Assembly: GCA_049472335.1 (NCBI GenBank)
Contig: JBLIRO010000014.1
Span: 9,684-73,683, forward strand
Length of the DNA stretch: 64,000 nt
Reading direction: 5' to 3'
Source: a bacterium
GTDB lineage: Bacteria; SZUA-182; DTGQ01; JAFGSM01
Under the pieces are notes generated by a model. It did not search any database and was not told where the DNA came from. It saw only the letters and a list, made by a program, of their open reading frames with translations. The translations under genes and the position numbers were made by a program. Within the stretch, counting starts at the first letter, position 1. Each line of letters starts with the position of its first letter. Shown here one piece after another: positions 19,479-29,908 of this stretch.

Positions 19479-22250
19479 ATGAAGAACTTTGGATTTATAA
19501 CTTTTATTGCAATTTCTATCTTTCTTATAATTTTTACCACCTATAGCCCTGTAAGAGGAGAAAAAGAGAAGGAAAAATACTATATAGATTATAATGAACC
19601 AGATCAGGGGGTATATGGTAGTGGAAATTCTTTAAAGGCACTTCTGGATACAATCGACCTGCCTCAAGAATCAGTTATTATCTTTTCGCATCACCCGGCA
19701 AATGGAGAAAAAACAATTTATACCTTTAGTACGAATATAACTGTTCCTCCTAATATAATTTTGGAATTTCAAAAAGACGCCTTAATAAATATCGATGCAA
19801 ATGTGACCATTAATATCAATTCACCTGAGAACATATATGCCCTTCCAAAACAGGATATCGTGACAGGTAAAGGCAAAATTTTTTTTATTAAAGCAGGAAT
19901 CATCCATCCGGGATGGTGGGGAACACCTTTGGATGGTGATACAGACAGTTCGTCTTATTGGACTTTAATCATCGACGCCATACAGCCCGAAAGTACCATA
20001 GAATTATTGCCGAATGCCGGCTATTATATAAATACATCAGGAGGAGTAACATTTTCAAAAAAGGTTTATATTAATGGTCATGGGGCCAGATTTATTTGCG
20101 GTCCTTCGGTTGAAAATAATCCTGCCATTACTTTTATTGCTCCGGAAAACATTATTGAAGATTTCGAGGTTGATTGTTCATCAAACCATTTTGATATCAC
20201 GGGTGATAATAATTTTCAGGATTCTGATGATAATTTTGCCAATAATCTTCGCAGTGCGGTTGAAATCAGGGGGAATAATACAATATGCCGTTATCTGGAT
20301 ATTAAAACTGCCGTTGTCGGTATTTGTTATAAAGGTGTAACGGGAGGTGTAATCCATAATTGTTATATTACAAATTTCAAAATCAAATCCAATACTTCCA
20401 CTGCAAATAATTATCATGCAGGCATCAGGATCGATGATTCCAGAGATATTACAATATATGAAAATTATATTGATGGATATGGTCAGAACATCATTATCGG
20501 CGGCTCACACAGAATAGAAAAAATTAAAATCCATTCAAACAGATTAATGAATGCCAGCAATAATGGTATTTACATCAGCTCAGGCATTGAAATGGAAATA
20601 TGGAACAATGATGTAATGTCTTTTGATTGCTCAGGGATAAAGGTGAGAAACAGCTATCATAATATACATCATAACAGGATTTATTGTGATGTTACGACAG
20701 GATCCATATCCGGTATAAATATTACCGGGAATGGTTATGATGATGGTGATGGTTTTAACGGCAGAGACACAATTGTAAATGCCAACATCATTACCGGCAG
20801 CGCAAGTGCCGGGATTATGAGCGGGATTCATGATAACCTGAATCTTAAAAATCCTCATATTATCAATAATGTAATTAACTTTGATCCGGCGTCTGTCAAA
20901 CCGGCTTATGGAATATTTTTAAAAGGTTTATCCAACGGCTCTATTATATCAGGGAATATGGCAGTTGGAGGGCATTCTTTCGGTCTTTTAATGAACGGGG
21001 GCTCCGGTCATTTTCACGACAATTCATTCATTACTGACAATTGTTTTATTGGTGGGACAAATGATGCCTTTGCGCTTGTAAATCTCAGAAATTCATTTAT
21101 TATTAATAACCAGGGAAAGAAGTGCGGATACAATAGAAGCGGATTAATGCTTTACAATTCCGTTTTCAATAAATGTTCTAACAATGATTTCGGAGACGAC
21201 CAGGAACAACCAACTCAAAAATATGGAATAGAAGAACAGGGATCATCAGATTATAATGAATATCTCAACAATTGTGTTACAGGAGTACAAAAAGCCGGAT
21301 ACTTCGGACTCGGTGTTCATTCCATAATAATAGACATGAATGATCATTATACGATACCTCATGTTGATAAAGTCTATTGCAATCCTTTTCCTGGTCAGGG
21401 AATACTGCCGAATTCTATCAGGGTTCCTGTAGATTCTTCCATTCTTATAAGGCTCAAAGATGATAAAGGTATTGATGAAAACAGCATAATTATGACTGTG
21501 AACGGATTGAAGGTTGATCCCCTCTTTAAGCAGATTTATCAACACAACAGAGATTATTGGATTATCCACCATCCGGCAAGGGATTTTGATTTTGAACAAA
21601 TAGTGAATGTAACGATAAAAGCCTCCAACGTTTTTGAATCTATTATGAATACTTATGAATATAGTTTCAGGGTTGAATCACAGGCAGAATATATATTTGA
21701 GCTGGAAAATACCCCTTCTTTTATATTGGATGAATCGGATCAGATTAAACATAAAATTATTGCAGATTCCGGATCAGAAATAGAGGGGGCAAAAATTATC
21801 TATGATCCATGCGAACCGTTAAAACCACGCTTTGGCTCTTTCATTGAACTGCCAGACATGTATGAAGTTAATGCCGTTGCCGTGGGGCGCCCGCTTTCTC
21901 TGGAGCCTCGAACGGTTTTTAACAATCCTGTAACTATCTTTGTTCCATGTCCTGGAATAAGTGATTTGTCAAATGTGAAGATATATTTTTACAATCCTGT
22001 CATTGGCTGGGTGCCTGCTTCACAGGTTGACGGATTGATGCTAAATGATACGATATTAAATAATCCTGAGACAAATCCACCCACCATCGCTATACGGATT
22101 AATTATTCCGGCGTTTTTCAGGCAGGGATTCCATTGAATTCAAAAGAGCTTTCAAAAATCCAAAATTACGATTCCATTGATGGTAATGAAAGTGAAATCG
22201 CTTCAAATAAGAGGGCAGGCGGCTGTTTTTTTAAAATATTTGATCGATAA
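19479..22250 (+). CDS. Secreted right-handed parallel beta-helix protein with Ig-like C-terminal region and GGCF tail
   Basis: Signal peptide; Asn/Ile-rich I..N.I repeats; ends KRAGGCFFKIFDR. Confidence 0.8.
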   Translation: MKNFGFITFIAISIFLIIFTTYSPVRGEKEKEKYYIDYNEPDQGVYGSGNSLKALLDTIDLPQESVIIFSHHPANGEKTIYTFSTNITVPPNIILEFQKDALINIDANVTININSPENIYALPKQDIVTGKGKIFFIKAGIIHPGWWGTPLDGDTDSSSYWTLIIDAIQPESTIELLPNAGYYINTSGGVTFSKKVYINGHGARFICGPSVENNPAITFIAPENIIEDFEVDCSSNHFDITGDNNFQDSDDNFANNLRSAVEIRGNNTICRYLDIKTAVVGICYKGVTGGVIHNCYITNFKIKSNTSTANNYHAGIRIDDSRDITIYENYIDGYGQNIIIGGSHRIEKIKIHSNRLMNASNNGIYISSGIEMEIWNNDVMSFDCSGIKVRNSYHNIHHNRIYCDVTTGSISGINITGNGYDDGDGFNGRDTIVNANIITGSASAGIMSGIHDNLNLKNPHIINNVINFDPASVKPAYGIFLKGLSNGSIISGNMAVGGHSFGLLMNGGSGHFHDNSFITDNCFIGGTNDAFALVNLRNSFIINNQGKKCGYNRSGLMLYNSVFNKCSNNDFGDDQEQPTQKYGIEEQGSSDYNEYLNNCVTGVQKAGYFGLGVHSIIIDMNDHYTIPHVDKVYCNPFPGQGILPNSIRVPVDSSILIRLKDDKGIDENSIIMTVNGLKVDPLFKQIYQHNRDYWIIHHPARDFDFEQIVNVTIKASNVFESIMNTYEYSFRVESQAEYIFELENTPSFILDESDQIKHKIIADSGSEIEGAKIIYDPCEPLKPRFGSFIELPDMYEVNAVAVGRPLSLEPRTVFNNPVTIFVPCPGISDLSNVKIYFYNPVIGWVPASQVDGLMLNDTILNNPETNPPTIAIRINYSGVFQAGIPLNSKELSKIQNYDSIDGNESEIASNKRAGGCFFKIFDR

Positions 22251-22484
22251 TCATTATTCGAATAAAATAAGTTACAAGCCTATCAAGCCTTAACTTGATT
22301 ACATTGAGCTTTGATATACTAAAATATTTAATGTCCGAATATGAAAAAGTCTATTTACGCTTTTAAAATAGTATTTTTAACTAAAAATTCACGAAAAGAT
22401 TATATAAAGTGTTTACACAAAAAGCGTATTTCAGGCGAGATATAATTATACATATAAACATTTAAGAATAGTCCGGGGGCTCCT

Positions 22485-23723
22485 ATGAGGATATTGTGGT
22501 TTGTTAATACACCTTTTCCCGAAATTGTTTCAAAATTAAACCTGAAGGGCGATTACATGGGCACATGGATGTCGTCTCTGAAGAAGGCTTTAATAAAGAC
22601 ACCCGGTTTTCAATCTGATTCTGAGGATCGATTAGGGATAGTTTGCGCCTTGCCGAATATTTCTGATCCACAAATTTTTCATATGGACAAGGTTAGTTAT
22701 TTCTGCATCCCTAAATCAAGAATGAGTCAATACACCCAAGAGTATAAAAGAGAGATATCTCACTGTATTCATGTTGTAAAAGTTTTTGATCCGGATATTG
22801 TTCATGTGCATGGAACGGAAGAATTTTACGGACTCATCTCTGAAAGGACAGAAAAACCCGTGGTGATTTCCATCCAGGGGATATTATCCGCTATAGTGAG
22901 GGTTTATTTTGAAAATATGAGATATACCGAAATTTTTCAGGCACCCCGGATGATAAGACATTATCTTATCATGTGCAGGAAGGCCAGGACTGAACAAAGG
23001 ATATTCCGGACGAATCATTATTTTATAGGAAGGACCCAATGGGACAAGGCTCAAATGATAAGTCTGGTCAATAGCAAGTGTACTTATTATCAATGTGATG
23101 AGGTCATGGATGAGGAATTTTATAAAGAAAGCTGGACTATCGACAAATCCGAGTCATTCACGATCGCTTGTACTTCTTCATCTTACGCATACAAAGGCAT
23201 TCATTCCATATTGGAAGCAATGACATATTTAATAAACAGGCTTCCCGATGCCCGACTGCATATTTATGGATCTTTTCCTCCATTTGCCTATGGGGCCTTT
23301 CTGCGAAAAAAAATAGAAAAACTTGGATTAACTAATCATGTTCGTTTCTGCGGTTTCAAAAACTCAAAGTATTTAGCTATGGAATTAAAAAAAGCCAGGG
23401 CCTTTGTCATGGCTTCTTATATGGAAAATAGCTCTAATAGCCTGCAGGAAGCAATGCTTCTGGGAGTCCCTTCAGTAGTTTCTTATACCGGGGGCATTCC
23501 TTCTATCGCCGAACATGGAAAAAACTGTCTTATGTTCCCCAGAGGTGACGCGGCAGTCATGGCCGATTGCCTGTACAGGATCATCACCGATGACAATTTG
23601 TCCAGGAAGATCTCCGAGGCGAGCAAGACAAAGGCAGTTAAAAGAAACAACCCTGAAAAGATCTCAAAAGAATTGTTAGAGATATATAAAGATGTAATCA
23701 TCCAAAAGGGGAAGCTGAATTGA
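22485..23723 (+). CDS. Glycosyltransferase family 4
   Basis: PDIVHVHGTE, KG, ENSSNSLQEAMLLGVP. Confidence 0.9.
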   Translation: MRILWFVNTPFPEIVSKLNLKGDYMGTWMSSLKKALIKTPGFQSDSEDRLGIVCALPNISDPQIFHMDKVSYFCIPKSRMSQYTQEYKREISHCIHVVKVFDPDIVHVHGTEEFYGLISERTEKPVVISIQGILSAIVRVYFENMRYTEIFQAPRMIRHYLIMCRKARTEQRIFRTNHYFIGRTQWDKAQMISLVNSKCTYYQCDEVMDEEFYKESWTIDKSESFTIACTSSSYAYKGIHSILEAMTYLINRLPDARLHIYGSFPPFAYGAFLRKKIEKLGLTNHVRFCGFKNSKYLAMELKKARAFVMASYMENSSNSLQEAMLLGVPSVVSYTGGIPSIAEHGKNCLMFPRGDAAVMADCLYRIITDDNLSRKISEASKTKAVKRNNPEKISKELLEIYKDVIIQKGKLN

Positions 23724-25402
23724 TCGCCCTGGGGATTCATTGCGGACATGATTCCAGCGCCGCTATTATAAAGGATGGCGAAATTTTGGCAGATGCGGCC
23801 GAAGAGAGATTTACAAGACTAAAGCATTGTAATCATGTCCCGGTTAAGGCTATGAGCTATTGTCTCTCTGCGGCCGGATTGTCAAATATAAATGAGGTCG
23901 ATTTCGTTGCCTTATCCTGGAAAAGGCCACCCAAAGATCTTAGTGTAGTCCTGGGTATCGATAAAAATTCAAACCTTCGCAGCAAGGTAAAGGAATTTTT
24001 GGGATTTGGAATCTCTTCGGATCATCTTCAAGTCCCTGTATATTTTCCTGACTTCCGACTAGTGGATGAAAAAAAACTCATTACCGTGGAGCATCATCTA
24101 GCCCATGCAGCCAGCGCATATTTTACACGAAAAACAAATGACAGATGTCTGATCTTTACCGTAGACGGGGCAGGTGACGGAGTTTCAACAGCGGTTTGGC
24201 TCGGAGAAAAGAATAGTATTGTTCCTCTTGAAAAACTCTACCGGGAGGCCTCCATAGGCTGGGCCTATAGTATAGTGACTGAGGCCCTACACTGGTGGCA
24301 TGGTGACGGAGAAGGTAAAACCATGGGATTGGCGCCATATGGAGATCGAACTGGATGTTCAGGAGTGCTGGATAAATATTTCCCAAAATTTACAGGCCGT
24401 ACCCTGTCAAAACCCACAAATCTAGGTCAAGCTTATTACTGGATTGAAAATAGCTCCACACAGTTTCACTTTGATGAGGCCTATGAGGTGGAAAGATTGA
24501 TAAGTAAGTATGGAAGAGAAAATATAGCCGCCGAGGCACAGTATAAATTAGAAGAATGCCTGAAGGAATATATTTTTAGCTGGGCCGGCAAGGAAAAATG
24601 TGAGAAATTGGCCTTTTCGGGAGGGGTATTCCTGAATGTAAAGTTGAACCAAAGGATATGGAATGAGAGAAGTGAGCTAATGAAAGAACAGCATATCTTT
24701 CCCAATTGCGGTGATTCAGGATTAGCAATAGGAGCCGCTCTTTATGTTTATTATCAACATAGGGAATTTCACGGACATCCTTTGAATCATCTTTATCTGG
24801 GACCGTCTTTTCCCAATGAAGAGATTGAAAGGATAATTCAGGAAAGAGGATTGAGCTGCCGATATATGAAAAGACCCGAAATAGCAGCAGCTTCATTACT
24901 TGCAGGGAACAAGATAATCGGATGGTTTCAGGGAAGGATGGAAAGCGGACCCAGGGCATTGGGAAACCGGTCTATTCTTATGAGCCCTCTAAATGCAAAT
25001 AATAAGGATATTATCAATCAGCGGGTTAAATTCAGGGAAAGGTTCCGACCCTTTTGCCCATCCCTTCTGTGGGAGAAGGCCAAGGATTATCTTCTGGATT
25101 GGAGGGATGAATATTTTATGATCACCTCTTTTGATATCACCCCTGAAAAAAGGGAAAAGGTCCCCGCCGTGGTTCATGTGGACGGCACAGTCCGGCCTCA
25201 ATTGGTTCGCAGGGAAACAAATCCTTTATACTGGTCCCTTATAAATAAATTCGGCGAGCTTACGGGTGAATATATAATTCTGAACACATCTTTTAATATT
25301 AAAGGGGAGCCGATCATCCATCATCCGAGGGAGGCGATCCGTTGTTTTTTTGATACCGGACTGGATGCGCTCTTTTTGGGAAATTTTTTAATAGAAAAGT
25401 AA
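23720..25402 (+). CDS. Carbamoyltransferase (NodU/CmcH family)
   Basis: HDSSAA, EERFTRLKH, EHHLAHAASA, EGKTMGLAPYG, GPRALGNRS, KFRERFRPF, NTSFN; TTG start overlapping previous stop. Confidence 0.95.
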   Translation: MIALGIHCGHDSSAAIIKDGEILADAAEERFTRLKHCNHVPVKAMSYCLSAAGLSNINEVDFVALSWKRPPKDLSVVLGIDKNSNLRSKVKEFLGFGISSDHLQVPVYFPDFRLVDEKKLITVEHHLAHAASAYFTRKTNDRCLIFTVDGAGDGVSTAVWLGEKNSIVPLEKLYREASIGWAYSIVTEALHWWHGDGEGKTMGLAPYGDRTGCSGVLDKYFPKFTGRTLSKPTNLGQAYYWIENSSTQFHFDEAYEVERLISKYGRENIAAEAQYKLEECLKEYIFSWAGKEKCEKLAFSGGVFLNVKLNQRIWNERSELMKEQHIFPNCGDSGLAIGAALYVYYQHREFHGHPLNHLYLGPSFPNEEIERIIQERGLSCRYMKRPEIAAASLLAGNKIIGWFQGRMESGPRALGNRSILMSPLNANNKDIINQRVKFRERFRPFCPSLLWEKAKDYLLDWRDEYFMITSFDITPEKREKVPAVVHVDGTVRPQLVRRETNPLYWSLINKFGELTGEYIILNTSFNIKGEPIIHHPREAIRCFFDTGLDALFLGNFLIEK

Positions 25403-25422
25403 ATGATTTTTTAGGGGGGGGA

Positions 25423-26607
25423 ATGAGGAAACCAAAAGTTCTATTCCTGACAGAAGGTAAGGATATCCCCTCCACCCGTTTTTCTGTTTCCTCGTTTTTA
25501 CCTTATCTTGAACGACATGGAATTTCCTGTTCCGTATCTCACCGCAAGCCTCAAAAATACTCCTCAGTTAAACTCCCCTGTATAAATTATAAAATCATCC
25601 GAATACTGTGCTATTGCCTGCTTATCTATCCTTTTTCCATTATTTTGCGTTTTTTTGATTTGTGGAAAACGAGATTTTATGATATTACCTTTGTTCAACG
25701 TGACCTTGATGAAAATCACACAAGCGCATGGCTGGAAAGATTATTTAGAAAATATTCCAGATGTCTCATTTTCTATTTTGATGATGCTATCTGGCTTTCC
25801 AAAAACTATTTCGGCAGATCATTGGAGCAGAAAATACAGGAAATAATTCGTATGTCCGATTGGATATTTGTCTCACATAAATACCTTGCAGATTACGCGC
25901 GGAGATTTAATTCATCGGTTCTAACATTTCCCATGTCCATTGATACCTGCATATATTCCATGAAACAAGATCCAATATATATGCCTTCTGAAGAAATCCT
26001 CAAAGACCGGAAAAATATCAGTACGAACGGATCATTCGCGAAACCGTATAGAAACCTGAAAAAGGTGATTTTAGGCTGGTCAGGAGGGCCCTGGAATTAT
26101 CCTGAACTTCTGGAGCTTTTGAATATTTTCAGGGAAATAAAAGAAAAAACCGGAGCTGAAATCCTTATTCAATCAGGAACGCCGCCTCCTGTAGAGATAC
26201 AACAAATTGGAGTCACTTATGTGCCATGGCAAAGAGATACAGAAATAGAGGTAATACAGAGAATGGATATAGCAATCTGCCCTTTAAGGGACTCCCCATG
26301 GACAAGGGGGAAATTCAGCATAAAACTTCTTCAATATATGGCTTGCGGAATACCGGTTATTTGCTCTGACGTGGGAGTCAATAGAGAGATCATTATCGAT
26401 GGTCTTGTTGGTTTTGTAGTAAAAGAAGAGGAAGAATGGAGGACAAAGATTCTGACATTGGTTCATGACAGGGAAAAACGAAAACAAATGGGTAAAGCAG
26501 CACGACAAAGGGCTGAAAATTGTTATTCAATTAAGAAGGGCAGCATCTGGCTGGCCGATTTTTTTCTTTCACAAACAAAGGATTATCGTAACAATTTAGT
26601 TGTTTAA
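25423..26607 (+). CDS. Glycosyltransferase family 4
   Basis: DDAIW, GKFSIKLLQYMACGIPVICSDVGVN. Confidence 0.88.
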   Translation: MRKPKVLFLTEGKDIPSTRFSVSSFLPYLERHGISCSVSHRKPQKYSSVKLPCINYKIIRILCYCLLIYPFSIILRFFDLWKTRFYDITFVQRDLDENHTSAWLERLFRKYSRCLIFYFDDAIWLSKNYFGRSLEQKIQEIIRMSDWIFVSHKYLADYARRFNSSVLTFPMSIDTCIYSMKQDPIYMPSEEILKDRKNISTNGSFAKPYRNLKKVILGWSGGPWNYPELLELLNIFREIKEKTGAEILIQSGTPPPVEIQQIGVTYVPWQRDTEIEVIQRMDIAICPLRDSPWTRGKFSIKLLQYMACGIPVICSDVGVNREIIIDGLVGFVVKEEEEWRTKILTLVHDREKRKQMGKAARQRAENCYSIKKGSIWLADFFLSQTKDYRNNLVV

Positions 26608-26633
26608 ATTTAATAATTTGCCGAATGAAATGA

Positions 26634-27956
26634 ATGATGGATCTTTATATAAAAAATGGTGACAGCATATTTAAGAATAAGGATAGGCCTTGGAAAGAAT
26701 GGTCTATTTTGCTTATCTGTCTGTTTATTGCTTTCAGCCTGAGGCTCGGAGAGTTGAGACGTGTCATGGACAGTCCGCTTGATCCGGATGTAAGCAGTTT
26801 TATTACTCTGGCAAATAAAATGAAACCTTTTTCGGAAACGGGTTTTTACTCCGCCCGGTTTGAATTACGTGAACCCCTTTATCTCTTGGTAGCCAAGTTT
26901 TTTTTCCTGCTTCCGGGATCGGATGATTTAAATATTAGATTTGTTTCATTTCTTTTTTCTCTTTTAGTGATATTTTTAACCTATCTTCTTGTGCGCAACT
27001 GGCTGGGAAAGGGTGTAGGCCTTGTAGCAGCATCTTTTTTGACCTTTCATACATATTGTATCGAAGCGAGCGCAAGAGGTCTCAGATGTGAATTCCTTAC
27101 TTTCCTCTTTCTGCTTTTTATTTATCTGACATTAATAAATGAAAAAATGGTTCCTTTGCAAAGAATTATGGGAGCAGGAATAATGTCCGGCCTTCTTTTT
27201 CTTACAAGGACAGAGTTTCTTTTTCCTACAGTCCTTTTTTTCATTTTGCTTCCATTAATAGAAAGAAAAAAATGGAATTTTTTAAGTGCCCTTCTGGCAA
27301 TAATTATCAGTATTGCAATATTTCTTCCTCATCTTATTGGGATGTACCGGGTCCATGGAGATATATTTTATACCAGCAATTTAGGTGCCCGTTTTTATAC
27401 CAATCTTGAATTTGCAGGGCAGCCGGGATTCCCGTCAAAGGAAGAGATTGAGCAAAAGGGAATGTTTACCGGACCAAAAGTAACGCCTTTTGACTATTTT
27501 TTTCGTTTTCATACCTTGCCTGAACTTTTTTGGGGAACCGCATGGGGGATGGCCAAGGTTTATATCTATCTGGCAATCCGCTATATCCCGACAAAGACAT
27601 GGAATATGGTAAAGGAGCAAACCCGGACAACCCTGGCACGAATAAGGTTTATCCTGTTCAAGCATCCTTTCCGGTTACTTTTATCGATTCTGATAGGGAT
27701 AGGCTTATTGGGAGGCCTTCTTGGCCTTTGGACAACTACTCACCGGTCTCTCTATTTTATCCTTGTCATTTTCCAGATTCAAACTGCTTTTCTTTTTTCC
27801 ATTGGACTGGAGACACAGGTGGTTACTCATACATGGCCGGTAGCGCTATGGTTGGCGGCCTATTTTTTTACGACTTGCTCAGGCCTTTTATTCAACAGAT
27901 CTTACCCGGGACTTCCCGGAATCAAATTTATGTCCATGCGAAAAGAGGTCAGATGA
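26634..27956 (+). CDS. ArnT/PMT-like (GT-C fold) membrane glycosyltransferase
   Basis: Multi-TM; DPD...REPLY, RFVSFLFSLL, LTRTE patterns. Confidence 0.7.
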   Translation: MMDLYIKNGDSIFKNKDRPWKEWSILLICLFIAFSLRLGELRRVMDSPLDPDVSSFITLANKMKPFSETGFYSARFELREPLYLLVAKFFFLLPGSDDLNIRFVSFLFSLLVIFLTYLLVRNWLGKGVGLVAASFLTFHTYCIEASARGLRCEFLTFLFLLFIYLTLINEKMVPLQRIMGAGIMSGLLFLTRTEFLFPTVLFFILLPLIERKKWNFLSALLAIIISIAIFLPHLIGMYRVHGDIFYTSNLGARFYTNLEFAGQPGFPSKEEIEQKGMFTGPKVTPFDYFFRFHTLPELFWGTAWGMAKVYIYLAIRYIPTKTWNMVKEQTRTTLARIRFILFKHPFRLLLSILIGIGLLGGLLGLWTTTHRSLYFILVIFQIQTAFLFSIGLETQVVTHTWPVALWLAAYFFTTCSGLLFNRSYPGLPGIKFMSMRKEVR

Positions 27957-29848
27957 TGTGCGGCATCTGCGGAGGAGTTTTATCTGACAATAAAAGATCT
28001 ATGAATCAATCACTGTTAAAGGATATGATGGACCAGCTCATCCATCGGGGGCCCGACGCAGAGGGGACCTATCTTGAAGGACAGGTTGGCCTCGGACACC
28101 GCAGGTTGAGCATTATCGACCTGAGTCCTCTGGGAAGACAGCCTATGTCCAATGAGGACGGTTCGCTTTATCTTGTTATAAACGGAGAGATCTATAATCA
28201 CAAGACACTTCGAAAAGAACTCGAAGCAAGGGGGCACAATTTCAGATCAAAAAGTGACAGCGAGGTTGTCCTGCATCTTTATGAAGAGATGGGGGAAGAT
28301 CTGCTTTCACAGCTTTTCGGAATGTACAGTTTTGCTTTGTGGGATGCTAGGGAAAAAAGGCTTTTTCTCGCCCGGGACAGGATCGGGCAAAAACCCCTTT
28401 TTTATGCAATAACGAATACGGGCATATTCTTTGGGTCCGAGATTAAAGCACTTTTAAAATGCCCTGATGTTAGCCGGGAAATCAATTTAGAGGCTTTGCA
28501 CCATTATCTTACCTTCGAGTACGTGCCTCATCCTTTGACTATCTTTAAAGGCATCAAAAAACTGCCTCCGGCTCATTACCTTATCTGGAAAAATGGAAAT
28601 CTTCAAATTAAACGTTACTGGGACCTACAATATAAGAATAAACACAGTAATATGTCTTTCCAGAGTTTAAAGTCAGAATTTATGGATTGTTTCGAAGACG
28701 CAGTGCGCATAAGGATGATGAGTGATGTGCCCCTCGGGGCATTCCTCAGCGGGGGGATCGATTCCAGTGCCACGGTAGCCATGATGAGCAGACTTTCGAA
28801 TACTCCAGTCAAGACCTTTTCCATAGGATTTGATGACCATGCATATAACGAGTTGTCTTATGCAAGAAGGGTTGCCCGGATCTTCAAAACAGAACACCAT
28901 GAATTCATCGTGAAACCCAATGCCACCGAGATTCTCCCTAAGCTCATATGGCATTATGATGAACCTTATGCTGACTCCTCCGCCATTCCAACCTATTACC
29001 TGGCAAAAATGACCCGCAGTGAGGTAACGGTTGCACTCAGCGGTGACGGAGGGGATGAGTCTTTTGCCGGCTATGAGCGCTATTTAGCGGACTATCTTGC
29101 CGGAATATATACAAGGCTGCCAGGATGGACAGGGCCTTATTTTATAAAAATGCTTATCAACATCCTCCCATGTGATTATAGATATAAAGGATTTATAAGA
29201 AGGCTAAAGCGCTTTGTGAACGCCCTGGATGATAAACCGGAAAGGCGTTACTGCAGATGGATCTGTTTTTTTGACAATGAAGCCAAGGGAAAAATCTATA
29301 CCTATGATTTCGCCTCAAAATTAAGGGATTCGGATTCATATTCATATATCGAGGCATGGTATGAAAAGGCCAAGGCAGATACCTTCCTGGATCGCACCTT
29401 ATATGTGGATGTCCATACATATTTGCCGGATGACCTCATGGTAAAGGTTGATATCGCCACCATGGCCCATTCACTTGAAGCCCGGTCACCTTTTCTGGAT
29501 CACAGGCTTATGGAATTTGCCGCATCTCTTCCTCATAATTTCAAACTAAGGTGCTGGCAAACAAAGTACTTTCTCAAAAAGGCCTTTGAAGGGTTTCTGC
29601 CTAAAGAGATCCTTAACAGATCAAAGATGGGATTTGGTGTTCCGCTCGATATATGGTTCAGGACCGACTTGAAGGATATGGCCTATGATGTACTGTTAAG
29701 CCGCAGATCTATTGACCGGGGTTATTTCAAGCCGCAAGAGATAAAGAATCTTCTTGATGTTCATTCTCAAAAAAAAGCCGACAATTCATATCGAATCTGG
29801 GCATTGCTCATTCTGGAGCTTTGGCATTTAAATTTTATTGACAAATGA
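27956..29848 (+). CDS. asnB: Asparagine synthase-like glutamine amidotransferase (likely glycan amidation)
   Basis: MCGICG (Ntn Cys2), HRGPD, HRRLSIIDL, NGEIYN, LSGGIDSS, SGDGGDE; true start 27956. Confidence 0.93.
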   Translation: MCGICGGVLSDNKRSMNQSLLKDMMDQLIHRGPDAEGTYLEGQVGLGHRRLSIIDLSPLGRQPMSNEDGSLYLVINGEIYNHKTLRKELEARGHNFRSKSDSEVVLHLYEEMGEDLLSQLFGMYSFALWDAREKRLFLARDRIGQKPLFYAITNTGIFFGSEIKALLKCPDVSREINLEALHHYLTFEYVPHPLTIFKGIKKLPPAHYLIWKNGNLQIKRYWDLQYKNKHSNMSFQSLKSEFMDCFEDAVRIRMMSDVPLGAFLSGGIDSSATVAMMSRLSNTPVKTFSIGFDDHAYNELSYARRVARIFKTEHHEFIVKPNATEILPKLIWHYDEPYADSSAIPTYYLAKMTRSEVTVALSGDGGDESFAGYERYLADYLAGIYTRLPGWTGPYFIKMLINILPCDYRYKGFIRRLKRFVNALDDKPERRYCRWICFFDNEAKGKIYTYDFASKLRDSDSYSYIEAWYEKAKADTFLDRTLYVDVHTYLPDDLMVKVDIATMAHSLEARSPFLDHRLMEFAASLPHNFKLRCWQTKYFLKKAFEGFLPKEILNRSKMGFGVPLDIWFRTDLKDMAYDVLLSRRSIDRGYFKPQEIKNLLDVHSQKKADNSYRIWALLILELWHLNFIDK

Positions 29849-29908
29849 GAGAGAAAATGATTTTTAAGAAAAAATCATATAATTTATTTAATTTTATAAT
29901 ATTTTAAA

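Noticed and set aside
27530..27955. 142-aa N-terminal extension of the asnB ORF
   Set aside because: Overlaps the upstream membrane gene in another frame; Ntn amidotransferases need Cys at position 2, so the start is 27956
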